A DNA stretch of 62,710 nucleotides, filler included, from Phoronis australis (taxonomy: Eukaryota > Animalia > Phoronida), in assembly GCA_002633005.1 (NCBI GenBank). It is 3 parts of 3 records of this genome, joined end to end, with 100 filler letters (N's around TTAATTAATTAA, not from the genome) between each part and the next. Parts side by side here need not be neighbours in the genome. Positions count along the whole stretch, not along the records: positions 28,109 to 50,493 come from NMRA01000060.1; positions 50,594 to 62,710 come from NMRA01001222.1; 1 more part is not named here. One strand, 5' to 3'. Made by a program: the position numbers and the translations under genes. Position 1 is the first letter of the stretch. Each line of letters begins with the position of its first letter. This document shows, one piece after another, positions 39,101 through 51,173 of the stretch. The notes beneath the pieces were generated by a model. It did not search any database. It was not told the origin of the DNA and saw nothing but the letters and a program-made list of their open reading frames with translations.

Positions 39101-40105
39101 AGCGTTTGATGGTCAACGGCCGGACTGAGCATGTTAACTGCTGCGGAACTGGACATGTCCTGACTATACACCACGCTTCAGTACCAGGTGATCCTGTGCA
39201 ACTAACAAGGACACATAAATGAATTACACCCAATTGCCTTATCAACTTAAATAATCTGCGTCAGGCGGCTTTTTTGACGTAATGACTGCTACTGGTGGGA
39301 ATCGTTCGAAGGCAGCAATGTTGTCAGATAACAAGCGGAAAATATTTTGCTTTTATGTTTAAGGAGGCGGTATTGTCTGACATATCTTGCAACAGCGGTC
39401 TTCACAATCAGTTCCATGTGCTTGTTGATATAGCCATTGCTTCAACGGAATGGGAAACCAACTTCTGCGCTTCATCTTGAAGATGAAGTGCTACCTCAGA
39501 AAGAATAACAAATCTTTCAAATTCTTTGCCAGAAATTAAAATGAATACAGCATTCACTTACCCACATGAAGAGTGTAAAACATATGATACTCAAAAACAC
39601 TTAGTGTATTTTGCACCTCTTTTTTAGAGTTTCACAAAATTCAAGAAGAGAAAACAATACAACTAAAAGCATTTGTCACAGGGTGGCCAACTGTTCCCTG
39701 CCACCTAGGCAGGAGTTCATTCACGTTTTAAAAAAGAAAAGCCGAGATGTTTTTGTAAAATAATGCTTTTACTCAAAACCAATTGAAAAATATATCAAAA
39801 TAGAAATAAAGTGAATCTATATATTAAGGTTTAGCAACTGGTATAGGTTACTACACATTTTATCACGCTTAGCTTCGACCGGGAATATATCGTCTGCTAA
39901 AGTAGGTTACCACTAGTAACTGACTACAATGCTCAAGTCAAAGGATCCCGACCACACGACACCTGCTTTCAAATTGGAGATCGGTGATTTACAAGTGAGA
40001 GAACACGAGAGAAAAAAATCACTGAATTAAAATACCGTTTTTATGGAAATTATGCGTCTTATTTCTCATAGCGTATAATTGTCGGTGCAGTGCCCTTTGC
40101 TGAAC

Positions 40106-43100
40106 CTCGCTGGTTCCCTGCGTGCTTAGCCCTGCCAGCACGTAGGTATCACGCGTGGCACGCGCTTTAGCATTGGTCGATGAAACCTCGGCAGTCATTG
40201 GTTAGCTTTACAACACCGTGAAAAAACGGCGGACTTTGGACGATTTTTAGCCTTGTCCCGCAAGTGGCGTCGCAGCAACTATTTCGTTTCTGCAGTGAGT
40301 TAATAGCCGCGTGCTTGAAACACGTACATGTACAATAAACGCACATCTGGCCGATTTAACCGGTGTGTTATACATACTGTATGAATACAGGACACTAGCG
40401 TAAACAAAAGTCATCGGCAGTAGAAAGCTGCATTCCGAAAAGGCGCAATCACAATTTCAATTCTTCACATTTCCTGAACATAAATTTTAAGCACCGATTT
40501 GTTTTAATCGGTGGGCCAGATCTCACAGCGTTCATCCTTGTGAGTACTTTGTGGGGGGGGGGGGAACCTAGTTTTCTCTGTGTGGCTAGATAATATACCT
40601 ATAAATCAAATTCCAAAAAGTTCCCACGTCTACACTTGCACATTTTTTTAAAAAAAGGTGTTTTTGTTGCATAAAATATGATGTACATTCCTGCCACTTG
40701 GTGGCGCTTTTCTATTGAATTGACCAATCAGAGAGCCAGATTGTATAGTTGTGCTTAGTTACTTCAATATGGCTGCTCCCATGGAGTGTGATGCCTGTAT
40801 AATTCAAGGTTTATCAAACAGCACAAAATTGTGATGCCAGAGCCTAAAGAAGCTTAGGAAAGCTTCCTGACGAAAGCTGATGGAATGTGGAACTCTGTAG
40901 ATCAGTAGATAAAAAAGAAGATGAGGTGTCACAAACGTTTGTGAAGAAAACAGCTGCATGTCCTGGTATAGCCTACAGAGTAAACTGCTGAGTGCTGTAG
41001 ACTAGAAGACCAAGTGTCAGACCAAAATTGAAAGGACATAGAACAGCATAGCAACGTTTCAAGGCACCAGCAGTAGTACAAAAGCTGAAGCTGGTGAAAG
41101 TGATACAGATGTAATTCATGATTTCCCAAGAAAATCAATTATACTTCCAATATCTGAAACACCCAATTGACCTGAACAAGATAGGAACATTCTGAAACAT
41201 GAGTGCATCATTTGTTAGCAGGAAAAGTATATTATAGACCATATTTCAAGAAAGAGCAAGAAGTATACCTTTCAAATACAGGTACGTGTTTTTGAAAGGT
41301 ACATCTTGGTGTTTTCCAGGTGTGTTTCAGTATTATCACCAGTTGTATTTTTAACTTGTTCAGCCCCTTGGCTGCCCAGGCCTTAGACAATACGGCTGAC
41401 CCAGTAGAGACGGTGATCATACCATAGGTACTCCATATGCCGGATGCTTTTCGGCAAATTATGTTCCTATAAGTTTAGAAATACCGCGTAGAGAGATGCC
41501 TCTGAGGAGGTCGTTAATGTTTGCATTTGTTCCCAGTTTAAACAAATACTCCTGCAATCCTATTTTTCGAACATTCCATTGTTCAGTTGCCACATCGACA
41601 CTGCTTGTGCTAAGGGATAATCCTATGGCGTTATACTGTGGGTGTGATTTTAAAGCACTTTAAGTCAAAAAATTTTGAGAAGGTTAAATGGAGTAGATGG
41701 TTGCAAACAACATGCCCAAGTGGCCGTCATCCCCTGCCGTAGTCCTGGGATAGGGGGAACCTCTTCTCAATTTTTTGTAAACATTAATTGCTTAGGTAGC
41801 TGCAATGATAATTAAATTAAAGTGCTAAAGTGGACATCGTCGCCGTAGTAATTTGAGGACGATGGAAGCCACTGTCCATTTCGTCAAACGTCGATTACTT
41901 TAAGTGTAAATCGATTGACTATGGTTTGAGCATCTGATTAAAAAAATTAAATTTCAATCACTGCACTGGTATATCAGCTGATTTATTTTCAGTTGCATCA
42001 ACTAATATAATTATTTGTTGATCAACATTTTTAGGCTACAGATCAGACGGCATGAAAATTTGTTAGGCTGGTGGTGGATCAGTTCCTGATAAGTCCGCCT
42101 GAAAATGTTGCATGCCAACTCACTCATAGTTGAATGTTAAATTAGTGTTAACAGTTCGGGTTTTTTTCAGTTGGACTTGTATCGCAAGCAACAGCTCAGT
42201 CCAGAGCCCTGAATATGCAAATGAAATTCAAAGCTAAAGACCTTGTGTCTTAGAAGCCAAGTACCACAGATCATCATGCTATAAAAATAGAAAGACAAAT
42301 ATTGTGAAGAGTGACGAATCCACAATTTTCAGAGATGTTTTTCTACAGTTTTGTTTGGAGTTCATTGAATCAAAGCTTCTAGCACATGGAGATGTCATTT
42401 GCCTTTCAAAACTAAAGCAAGACTTTGAAGCTGTTCTTCAGAAAGCTGGTGTGCATGAAGTTATTTGGAGAGGCAATCTTAAGAAATATTGTTGAAGCTA
42501 CTCACTGTTGTAGTTTGTGCCCGACTAAGAGATACGAAATTGAATTGAGGCTAGTGTTCAATAATTCACTTGCTGACTCTAATTAACACAGCCCATTATA
42601 ACATATTTTGAATCAAATGTTTGCCCAAATCCTGCCCGCCTTCAAACAAGGACTTAGTGTTTGACCCTTCATTGCCTGCGAGCCAATCACCAGTGTGCAG
42701 TGCTGTACCGTCTCTAATCGACCATAGTTGGGTCCTTGGCGGTGGAGCTTTGCAGTTAATATGTATGGCAATGACCGCATCTCCATTGACAGTACTAAAC
42801 GATGAACATTGCAAGTGCAAAAAGAACATGTGTGCTGGGAAACTGAGTTTGTGCTGCAATGCTGGGTCAAACTGTACAGAAATGTGCAGCTGTGACAACT
42901 GTAGTAACATCAGCAACACTGACTGCATAACATTGGATAGATCTTTGACAAGTCAACCCTAAATAGACCTCCAACCTCGTTATTTCGTTATTTTTGTATT
43001 AAAAAGTTAACTTTATTTGTTGATTAAGTCATAGAAAGTACATACTTTGATCATTGTCATGTATTTGTCTCATACTGCTTGATAAACGCTGTCAGAATAA

Positions 43101-43895
43101 TCTATTATTTTCATACAGTCTTTGTGCACATTCACAGAGATCATTCAACTATATTGTTTTTGTACTATAACGTATTTCTGGTGTATTATGCAAACAAGCT
43201 GTATTTTACACCATTAGTCAATGTTTTAGTAATTGAGGCACACATTTTGCCCAGTCTCAAGTGTTTTGTGTTATTTTTGTTGCCAGACAATGCCAGAATA
43301 ACTTCCTAGTAACATCCAGACTTAGTTTGCATTTTTGCCACTAGGTGTCTCTTTACATTTTTTAAATTTCACTGTTTACATTTAATCTACAACAGTAAAA
43401 CATGTAATTTGAGTGTAGTATTGTTTAATACAATGGCACTGATGGGACCATATTACTTGCTTTACAAAAAAGTCACCAAAACTGTTGTTTTTACAAATAT
43501 AAGTTTACTAAGCTCTTTGGTGATTATTAGGTAATTTCAAACTCAAATTTCTCAAAAATGTGCAACTTTATATGTGGGAACTTTTTAGATTTTGAAAACA
43601 CTCTAACAAATGAATTAAAAAACACCAAAATAAAATTGCCCCCCTAAAGTACTCACAAAAACCATTTTCTAGAGGCCCTACAAATTCTGGCCCACTAACT
43701 ATCTATACAACAGACCACATTTACACTTCAGTCCATCAGTCATGCCAGTTTGTTTGCGTAAAGCGCTATCTCTTGAGAATTCGACTAGCCAATCAGAAAC
43801 GCTGGTGTAAAAAAATTTCCCGAGAAAATTTAAGTGATACCTGGGTGCTGGCGCGGCTTCCGCCAAAACCTTGCGGCACGCAGGGAACCAGCGAG
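40106..43895. mobile_element. Unclassified TIR element with 10-bp TSD (MULE-like?), host of the Academ insertion
   Basis: Perfect 20-bp TIR CTCGCTGGTTCCCTGCGTGC / GCACGCAGGGAACCAGCGAG; perfect direct repeat TTTGCTGAAC at 40096-40105 and 43896-43905. Confidence 0.85.
40509..43697 (+). mobile_element. Academ-like DNA transposon (decayed)
   Basis: Termini CGGTGGGCCAGA / TCTGGCCCACTA; longer imperfect TIR (GTGAGTACTTT, AAAAAGTTCCCAC, TTGCACATTTTT); flanks AAT/ACT; coding remnants DLVS*EAKYHR (about 42238-42275) and C-terminal HSW...CKCKKNMC...CTEMCSCDNCSN (42621-42962). Confidence 0.75.
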
Positions 43896-43960
43896 TTTGC
43901 TGAACATGCGATTGTTGCGCGTGCTCATTTAAATATTCTATTTTCACGTTCAATGACGTC

Positions 43961-44034
43961 AGCCGCTGAGTGGTGTAGTTTTAAAGTCGGCGACTCGCAA
44001 CTGTTGAGGCCCGGGTTCAAATCCGACCTCGGTT
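43961..44034 (+). pseudogene. tRNA-derived SINE head or tRNA-like pseudogene
   Basis: TGGTGTAGT (A-box-like) ... GGCCCGGGTTCAAATCCG (B box); cloverleaf incomplete. Confidence 0.5.
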
Positions 44035-46920
44035 TCCCGCCAAAATGTAATCTCACTAGTGAGATAACTTTGAGGGTTATTACACGGTTGTATCTGCCAT
44101 TCGAGGCTAATATTGTGGTATAAGGATGGTTAATAAACTATTGCTTGGTGAATAAGATCGTTAATAGTTAAAAAACAATACAGATTGTTTGGAATCTAAT
44201 GTTTTTGATTAACCGGTAAATTGGTGTAAGGCACTGTAAATTTTACCAACGTGAATCCGATTATTTGAGTGAACTTGCCAAGTTTTACGCTTATGCGATC
44301 TTGAGATTAAGCAGAATTCTAAGCTCGATCATACGACAGGATTCTACAACACAGTGTTCCTCAGCACCAGAGTTTAGATCGACACTTCGTCGGCCATCTT
44401 TTTTAGATGTGCAGTACATTTCAACAAAATATTAAGCTGAAAAAAATCTGTATTAAATTCAGTTTACATTAAAAAAAAACTCGATGTCATGTTCAAAGGC
44501 TTAGGTTTCGAATAAAAATGTTTGCGTACTTGAAGATCCGCTTCATGGAGTTTTTAACAAAAATGAAGCCGAAATAGTATCTTTAATAGCTTTGATGCCT
44601 GTGGTAAGCTACCAAAAATATCCCGGGTGCTATAAAAGATGTTTCATACAGATTTCAGTTTTACTTCTATTTTGGATGAAAATCTTTATTAAGAACTAGC
44701 TAGTCTGTAGGTTATCATTCGGAACGGATTTAATATTCTAGATTGTATACAGACCTGTCTCGCTTTGAACAGCCATAATGGAGTAAAGGTCAGTGTTATG
44801 CATAGGCATGACATACAGGTGACGTTCCTGTAATCATCAATCTTGATGTCCAATTCATTACATAAAGTAAATTGCCACTCCAAATAATGAACTCTGTTGG
44901 ACTTTCCTGGAGGCTTCTCGAAATGAGAGACTCAGGTGACTTTTGTAATAGTATTAGAATCCGACGGCGAAGTCTTACATGTAGGCCTACTTGCAATCCA
45001 AGAATATCATAATTCTAACGGTCGACGCAGTGGATGGCGTTGCTTCCTACAAAATCAGCATACAGTACGCTTCACAATAAAGTCAAAGAATCTGGCAAAA
45101 CACGACGCATGCTGACTATCACATAAACCTATCGGCCATTATAATTAGTTGTTTCGTGTTCGCTCAATGAGTCTCACATATCATGATCCTCTATTACTTA
45201 TGTTCTGGTGCTACAGATATCGAGTTGCTTCGCAGATGCTTTTATGGTGTTCTTGCCCTTTATTCGTTGTATTGATATTGGTTGCAAGTCACCTAAATTT
45301 CCCTTCTACGGCTATGATGCCTTGGGGGCTGACCTTATCAAAGGCGACAAGCATCTTAATAAGCAATAATAACCTGTCGAGTCTTTACTGTCGAATATTT
45401 ATGTGATTAATTTAAAATTGCCTGTATAGGTTATTCGTTGCTGGGGCCACTGGAACTTCCAGAAGCTTCAATGACAACTACATGTCGTCGAAGGCTTTAA
45501 ATGAGTAGGCGGATGACTTGTGGGCGTCTATAACTGACTTGTCAGATAATTCTGTTGAACCTCCACGTGGATATCATCACAGTGCGCAATGAACGAACAA
45601 ACTTTGAGTCAGAGTCTTAGGCTATGTGTATCTCGACTTACGCAAGTTTTACCGTGTATGCGCATTCAGCGCGTGTTATTTTTATTTCTGCTGTACAGGT
45701 ATGCTATGGTAGCAAACAGTTGATTTCCCTACAACGAGGTCTTAGTCAGGTGCCGGAAAGTCATCGGCCTCGCTTTCAGCGAATGACTGGCAGCCAAAGA
45801 CGAGAATTATCGATTGTGTAATAAAATAACAAAAACACATAAGATTTTGTTATTTGTACATGTAGGTATGGTCAAAGCTAAAAACATCAATACGTCTATT
45901 CCATCTAAGAATAATCCCCAAAATGCGCCTAAAACCGAGTGTTAAGAAGGATTCAGAAAAAAAATTGTACTATAGAATCAAGTTGATCTAAAAACTGGAT
46001 ATAGCCGTACAAGGATGACTTTATGAGTAAGTCAGGGATAGTAGAATAGACTTTTCTACCACTCAACTAACCTTCGAAGATGTCGTTATTTGTTATTTTA
46101 CTCGCTGTTTTCAAAAAAGCAGGATCTAACATTTCCCGTTACTGATCTCAGAAATGGTAAAATTGTAAAAAATGCAGTAAACACGACCACATTTGTTTAA
46201 CTTTGAAACATTTTTGCGGAATACTGCATTATGTCTTATGCGACGTTCTTTTGTCATCCAGACGATGTTTTGAATATCTAAATTTAATTACATTAAAACT
46301 TTTATTATCTATTTCACGGATGTGTTTATACCCTAAAAGATTTGGTAAAATAAGAGCATTTCAAATTTTCATTAAACGCATTTTCCGCTAAAATCATACA
46401 CTTTTACATTTCTTTAAGCTTTCTTTTAACGTCGTTTTATTTCTTTGTGGGAACTTAAAGCTCGCTCCATGATCATAATTGACGAAGCCACATACAATTT
46501 GGGGGGACTTGGCTCGATATGAAAATATTTCAAGAACCCACGTCCTAAGTCTACATCAGTGGGTTTACTGCTGTGCATTTCAAAGAGCGAGGGATATTCG
46601 AACATTACTCCTCGTGTTCGCACAGTATCCCGCTTTAAATTATGGACTGTTGAAGTTCGCCTATTTTGGCATCGTGAACACCAGTTGGTCATAATTCTGA
46701 TGAAGACGAGCGGTCGCATCCTATCGAAGTCCTAGTACAACAACTTTGACTCGTTTGTTTCGTCACCGTCGTGAACTCGCATTGATAGGTAACGAAGATT
46801 TCCACTCGCTTCATTAATTCCCTCACAGCGCAAGTTAGTTCAAGTCAAAATCTAAGTTTGAAAGAGAATTGCACTATATTTGTCCTTTGATCTTGATAGT
46901 AGGCACTTGATGATACATCA

Positions 46921-47146
46921 CTTAAGGTTTATACTGTATAAGACCCTTAAGGTTTATACTGTATAAGACCCTTAAGGTTTATACTGTATAAGACCCTTAA
47001 GGTTGATACTGTATAAGACCCTTAAGGTTTATACTGTATAAGACCCTTAAGGTTTATACTGTATAAGACCCTTAAGGTTTATACTGTATAAGACCCTTAA
47101 GGTTTATACTGTATAAGACCCTTAAGGTTTATACTGTGTAAGACCC
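46921..47146. repeat. 25-bp minisatellite, 9 copies
   Basis: Unit CTTAAGGTTTATACTGTATAAGACC, nearly invariant, no spacers. Confidence 0.97.
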
Positions 47147-47199
47147 TAGAAAAATTAACGATTTCGGAACACCATTGATGACTTAATTTTTATTGAAAC

Positions 47200-47640
47200 A
47201 GTAATATTAGCGTTATCAAAATCAATAACATTCCTCAAATTAAAATCTTGCAGTATGCAGACGACACTGTCAGACCAGAATACCCACTCAGATGTACTTT
47301 AAGCTATAGTCAGTAGATGGTTAAGTGTACGCAAGATTTTCGGATTTTAGAAAAATGTCGAAAAAATCCGTGTGTATGGAGTGGTTCCAGGAAACGTTCT
47401 GAGATCACCTAGAAAACATTCCAAATTTAAATTACGATGAAAAATGAAAGGAGATAAATTGAGCATTGAATGCTTGGTCTAGGCGTAATCTTACAGCGCA
47501 TTGGAAAGTTTCATTTGTGAAAACGATTCTATCACCAAAACTTACCTATTTGTTTATTACATGTACTTCTCCTTCCGAAGCTCATCATTCCCGACTTCGC
47601 GGGTGGATCGTTAAGTTTTACAGGCTATCAATTCGAAGAG
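47200..47640 (+). mobile_element. Tx1/L1-clade LINE RT fragment
   Basis: KILQYADDT at about 47242-47268 and LNAWSRRNLTAHWKVSFVKTILSPKLTYL. Confidence 0.7.
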
Positions 47641-47659
47641 GAATACAGTGATGAAGAAA

Positions 47660-48102
47660 TACTAAAGAGACGCCGTGAACAAGCTCAGACAACGGAACGT
47701 ATGGAGTTATTTGGTAAGCCGGCATTCGTCAGGCACCGTCGACGTCTGCAGGCCACAGTCACGGAGATGTTTCACGGCCTCATACTTCCTATTAACAGCG
47801 TACCTTTTATTCTTCACTACTGCTAGCCACTTCCTATTCATTTTGGGCTCTCGAGGAATTGGAAAAAACGATATACCCGCTTTCTTCGCAGCTTCATAGT
47901 TAGGACAAGAGAGAACAATGCTCTGCAATATAGCGGCATTCACTCTGCAGACGAACCACTGACGTCGCTGTATCGTTTCTCACCTTCCTCACAGGTTAAC
48001 ACGACACCTCTCGGCAAGGTGAGGTCCAACGTATAAGAGGCGATGTGGATATAAACAGATTAAGACGGTAAAAAAACTGTTTAAATCGGGTGGCATTCTC
48101 CT
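47660..48102 (-). mobile_element. Kolobok-like end with THAP remnant (same family as 32003-33196)
   Basis: GGTGGCATTCTCCT+TTAA end; frameshifted MPLYCRA...CPNY...GISFFPIPREPKMNRKWLAVVKN...LRDCG; nucleotide similarity to 32850-33196. Confidence 0.8.
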
Positions 48103-48106
48103 TTAA

Positions 48107-49830
48107 ATATGACCAAGTAATAGTGAATTTCACAATAATTCGGTCGAATTTTATGGTATGATTTTCGGTGGCTGCAGTGTACAGTCCTGACCAGACGAAG
48201 GTCAAGGTCATGCAGAATCAAGTTGGAGCCACCGACAAAATCCAGTGCGTTCTGCAGTTTGTTGGGGATGACTAATTACTTGTCACGATCTGTTAAGGCC
48301 TATTCGGACCTCGTGACACCTCTTCGGGACTTAACAAAGAATGGTGTGGAATTTGAGTGGACTGACATTCATGACAATAGCGTTTGAGTTGACGTCGGAC
48401 AGTTACCCCAATAGAAACACACATGAATACCTTGATGCTAGCCCGCGTGGCCTTGGTGGAATATTGTCCCATGATGGTAGGGTTCATGCATATCTAAGTA
48501 AGGCTGTCTCTGATGTGAAGAGCAGTTACTACCAAATTGAGTCACTGGCACTGGCTTTGGTGTGTCATCATTTTTGAATGTACCTCTTAGGTAAACATTT
48601 TACCATAATGACAGATCATAAGCCGCTACTAGCGATATTCAACAACCCGCGTTCAAAAGCGCCAGCTTGCATTGAAAAGTAGCGTTTGAAGTACAGCAAA
48701 GCGTCAACGAATCCTGCTGACTATATACAGTACGTGTCGCCAGTTTAGAATAGTATTATCGCGTTACTTGTTTCCGGAGAGGCACACCATGAGTTATGCC
48801 AAGTGATGTTCATTGTGACACGCGCACCCAGGGGGGCTCGGGGGGCTCGAACGAGTCCTCCATTTGGCGAAGTGGGCAAAAAGGTCCGCCACAGACAAAC
48901 AAAAAGTCCCAATAAACGAGGCAAAGTCCACCAAAAAGGCGCAGACGCACACTTCACGGTTCTGAAGGTGGTACCCCGTTTTTTTAGTCCTGCCGCTTTT
49001 TTGTCAGCAAAAGGTCCATATCGTCAGAAATTCTAGCCCCCCATATTAAAGGCTGGGTGCGCATGATTGTTGACAAATATATGCCAAAAGCCCTATCGTG
49101 TGACTCTGTAATCGATACTACTCGTGATGACGCGATTTTTCAAGAGTTCATACAACGATTAGCTACTTGCAGCTGGAATTTGCCCTGTAACAATGATGTC
49201 ATCGCTGATTAACTCAAGGCGTTTTCAGCAATGGAAGATGAACTGACGTTCATCAATGGTAATGTCATACTTACCCCCGAAACGTTGCAGTATCATTTTG
49301 CCGGTCTGGCATATGAATTAGGCCATGAGGCTCTCGTAAAGACGAAGTCGTTGTTGCGAGACAAACTGGTTACGAATGTGAATAAACTGTATGAGTCTGT
49401 TGTGAAATTGAAAAAAAAAAAATGTTTCGCTTGTCAACTGGCTAAAAAGCGCGACCCTCGAGAACGTTTACAGATGACGAAATTACCCAATGGATGTTGG
49501 GAGGAAGTCAGTATAGATTTCATACAGATCGGCAATTGTTACGGATTGGTACTTGTGCATAATAGTTTCCAGAAACCCAGTGGTGGAAGTCTTTCAGTAG
49601 CGCGACATCTTTTAAAATAGTGGCTCCAGTGCTTGATAAGATATTTGCCATGTTTGGGATTCCGCGCATTATGAAATCTGACAACGGGCCACCTTTGAAT
49701 GGCTATCAAGTCTACGAATATGCGAATTCACTTAATTGGTTTTCGCCACCGGAAAGTTACACCTCCACAGCCGGCATGAAGCAAACGGACACGCCGAAAG
49801 GTTCATGTGCAAATTAAAGAAAGTTTTACA
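48107..49830 (+). mobile_element. Gypsy LTR-retrotransposon pol remnant (RT connection, RNase H, integrase)
   Basis: LGMTNY; DASPRGLGGIL...YQIESLALA; TDHKPL; NPADY; GHEALVKTKSLLR...CFACQ; WEEVSIDF; FGIPRIMKSDNGP; ANGHAERF; many stops and frameshifts. Confidence 0.9.
48819..49065. mobile_element. hAT-like MITE nested in Gypsy pol
   Basis: TIRs CACGCGCACCCAG / CTGGGTGCGCATG; flanks ATTGTGA and ATTGTTGA (8-bp TSD with one indel). Confidence 0.75.
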
Positions 49831-50169
49831 TATGTTATCAACCAGGGCCCGGTCTCCAATCTTTTTACTCGAAATGGAACTCGAAATTAGGTTTGGCATT
49901 TTCTACTCTACTTTTGGGCGAACTCAAGATAAGTGTCTATTATTCTATGCTCGAGTACACAATAACTTACGTAGATAATTTACTGCCCTTAGTTCAAAGT
50001 TTGTAAACCTAATGTTAAAGCAATAAGTTCGAGTTTGAACTCGAAATTTCGAGTTTTTACTCGAGTTTGTAGCACGAATATAAGTGTCTTCAAGGGCAAA
50101 CTTGAACTAGAAACTCCTATGCCTAAACTTAAATGTATTCGAGCACAGTCTGATTACCAATTATCTTAA

Positions 50170-50493
50170 AGGCGAAGGCAACCTTTTTCCATGTCATTTT
50201 GAGCTAAAATAAGGTTGATTGGTTATCCTAGACATATTTTCCACTTAATTATAGCTTTTCGTAATTTTATTAATTACTCGTCCGCTATTCCGGAAGTGAC
50301 GTTTTAGGAGGCAAGCATTTCGCGCCAATTTCTTTTCATATAGTCTGACAGTGAGAGCTGCCGAGTCAGTCATTGTTCCACCTCGGTTGTGTTAAGTTCC
50401 GTCGTCGTTTGCTTTCATTTACTAGTCACTCAACATGCCACACCGTTGCTGCGTACCGGGATGTACTAATTATTGGCTCACGCGCGCTTTTGG
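50170..50493 (+). mobile_element. Second Kolobok-like family, left end with start of a THAP ORF, running into a gap
   Basis: TTAA+AGGCGAAGGCAACC terminus; ATG at 50435 gives MPHRCCVPGCTN (THAP N-terminal C-x4-C). Confidence 0.65.
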
Positions 50494-51173
50494 NNNNNNN
50501 NNNNNNNNNNNNNNNNNNNNNNNNNNNNNNNNNNNNNTTAATTAATTAANNNNNNNNNNNNNNNNNNNNNNNNNNNNNNNNNNNNNNNNNNNNTCACTAC
50601 ATAAGCTATACAATTGTTAATATCTATGTATTTCGCAATGACAAAATTACGAGTGTGCTTACCCCGGCCCTTCATTCACAGTACCTGAGTACCACCGCCT
50701 CAACTGCGGCAGTAGAAACGGTTGCCGTCTCAAAGGCCCTCCAAGCGCTAGAAGCTTTTTGACAAATTATGCCTCAGACTGATTAAACCACCAAAATCAT
50801 GTTAATGAGTATACCTTTTGCGCATAGAGAGACACCTTAGAGGCCGTTATCTTGAACAAATACTCCCATAATCAAACTTTTTTGAACAGTTAGAACTTCG
50901 TTCAGTTGCCCATATCAGAAACTGCCATTTTTACACTACTCGTGCCAGTTGATATGACGTCATATACCTAGGCCCTAGAGTAGAAACTGGCACCTGCGTG
51001 TTCCATAGTACGTGGAACAACATCTATATTGAAATTTTCACGATGTTTGTTGAATCAGTTTTTGAACTGATTTATGAGATAATTTTGCATGAGAATCTTG
51101 CAGCTAGCTTACAACAGTGGTTCCATCATTTTTTTCTGCAGTCTTAATTCATAAAGTTTATTTCTAGTTACAG

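Noticed and set aside
42621-42962. Metallothionein- or tesmin-like host gene
   Set aside because: Better explained as the Cys-rich C-terminus of the transposase within Academ-type TIRs.
46921-47146. CRISPR-like palindromic 25-bp repeat
   Set aside because: Units are contiguous with no unique spacers, there are no cas genes, and the context is eukaryotic.
50663-50928. Inverted DALRD3 exon 1 or a head-to-head protein-coding partner
   Set aside because: Multiple stops in every frame, and the splice phase does not fit exon 51174.
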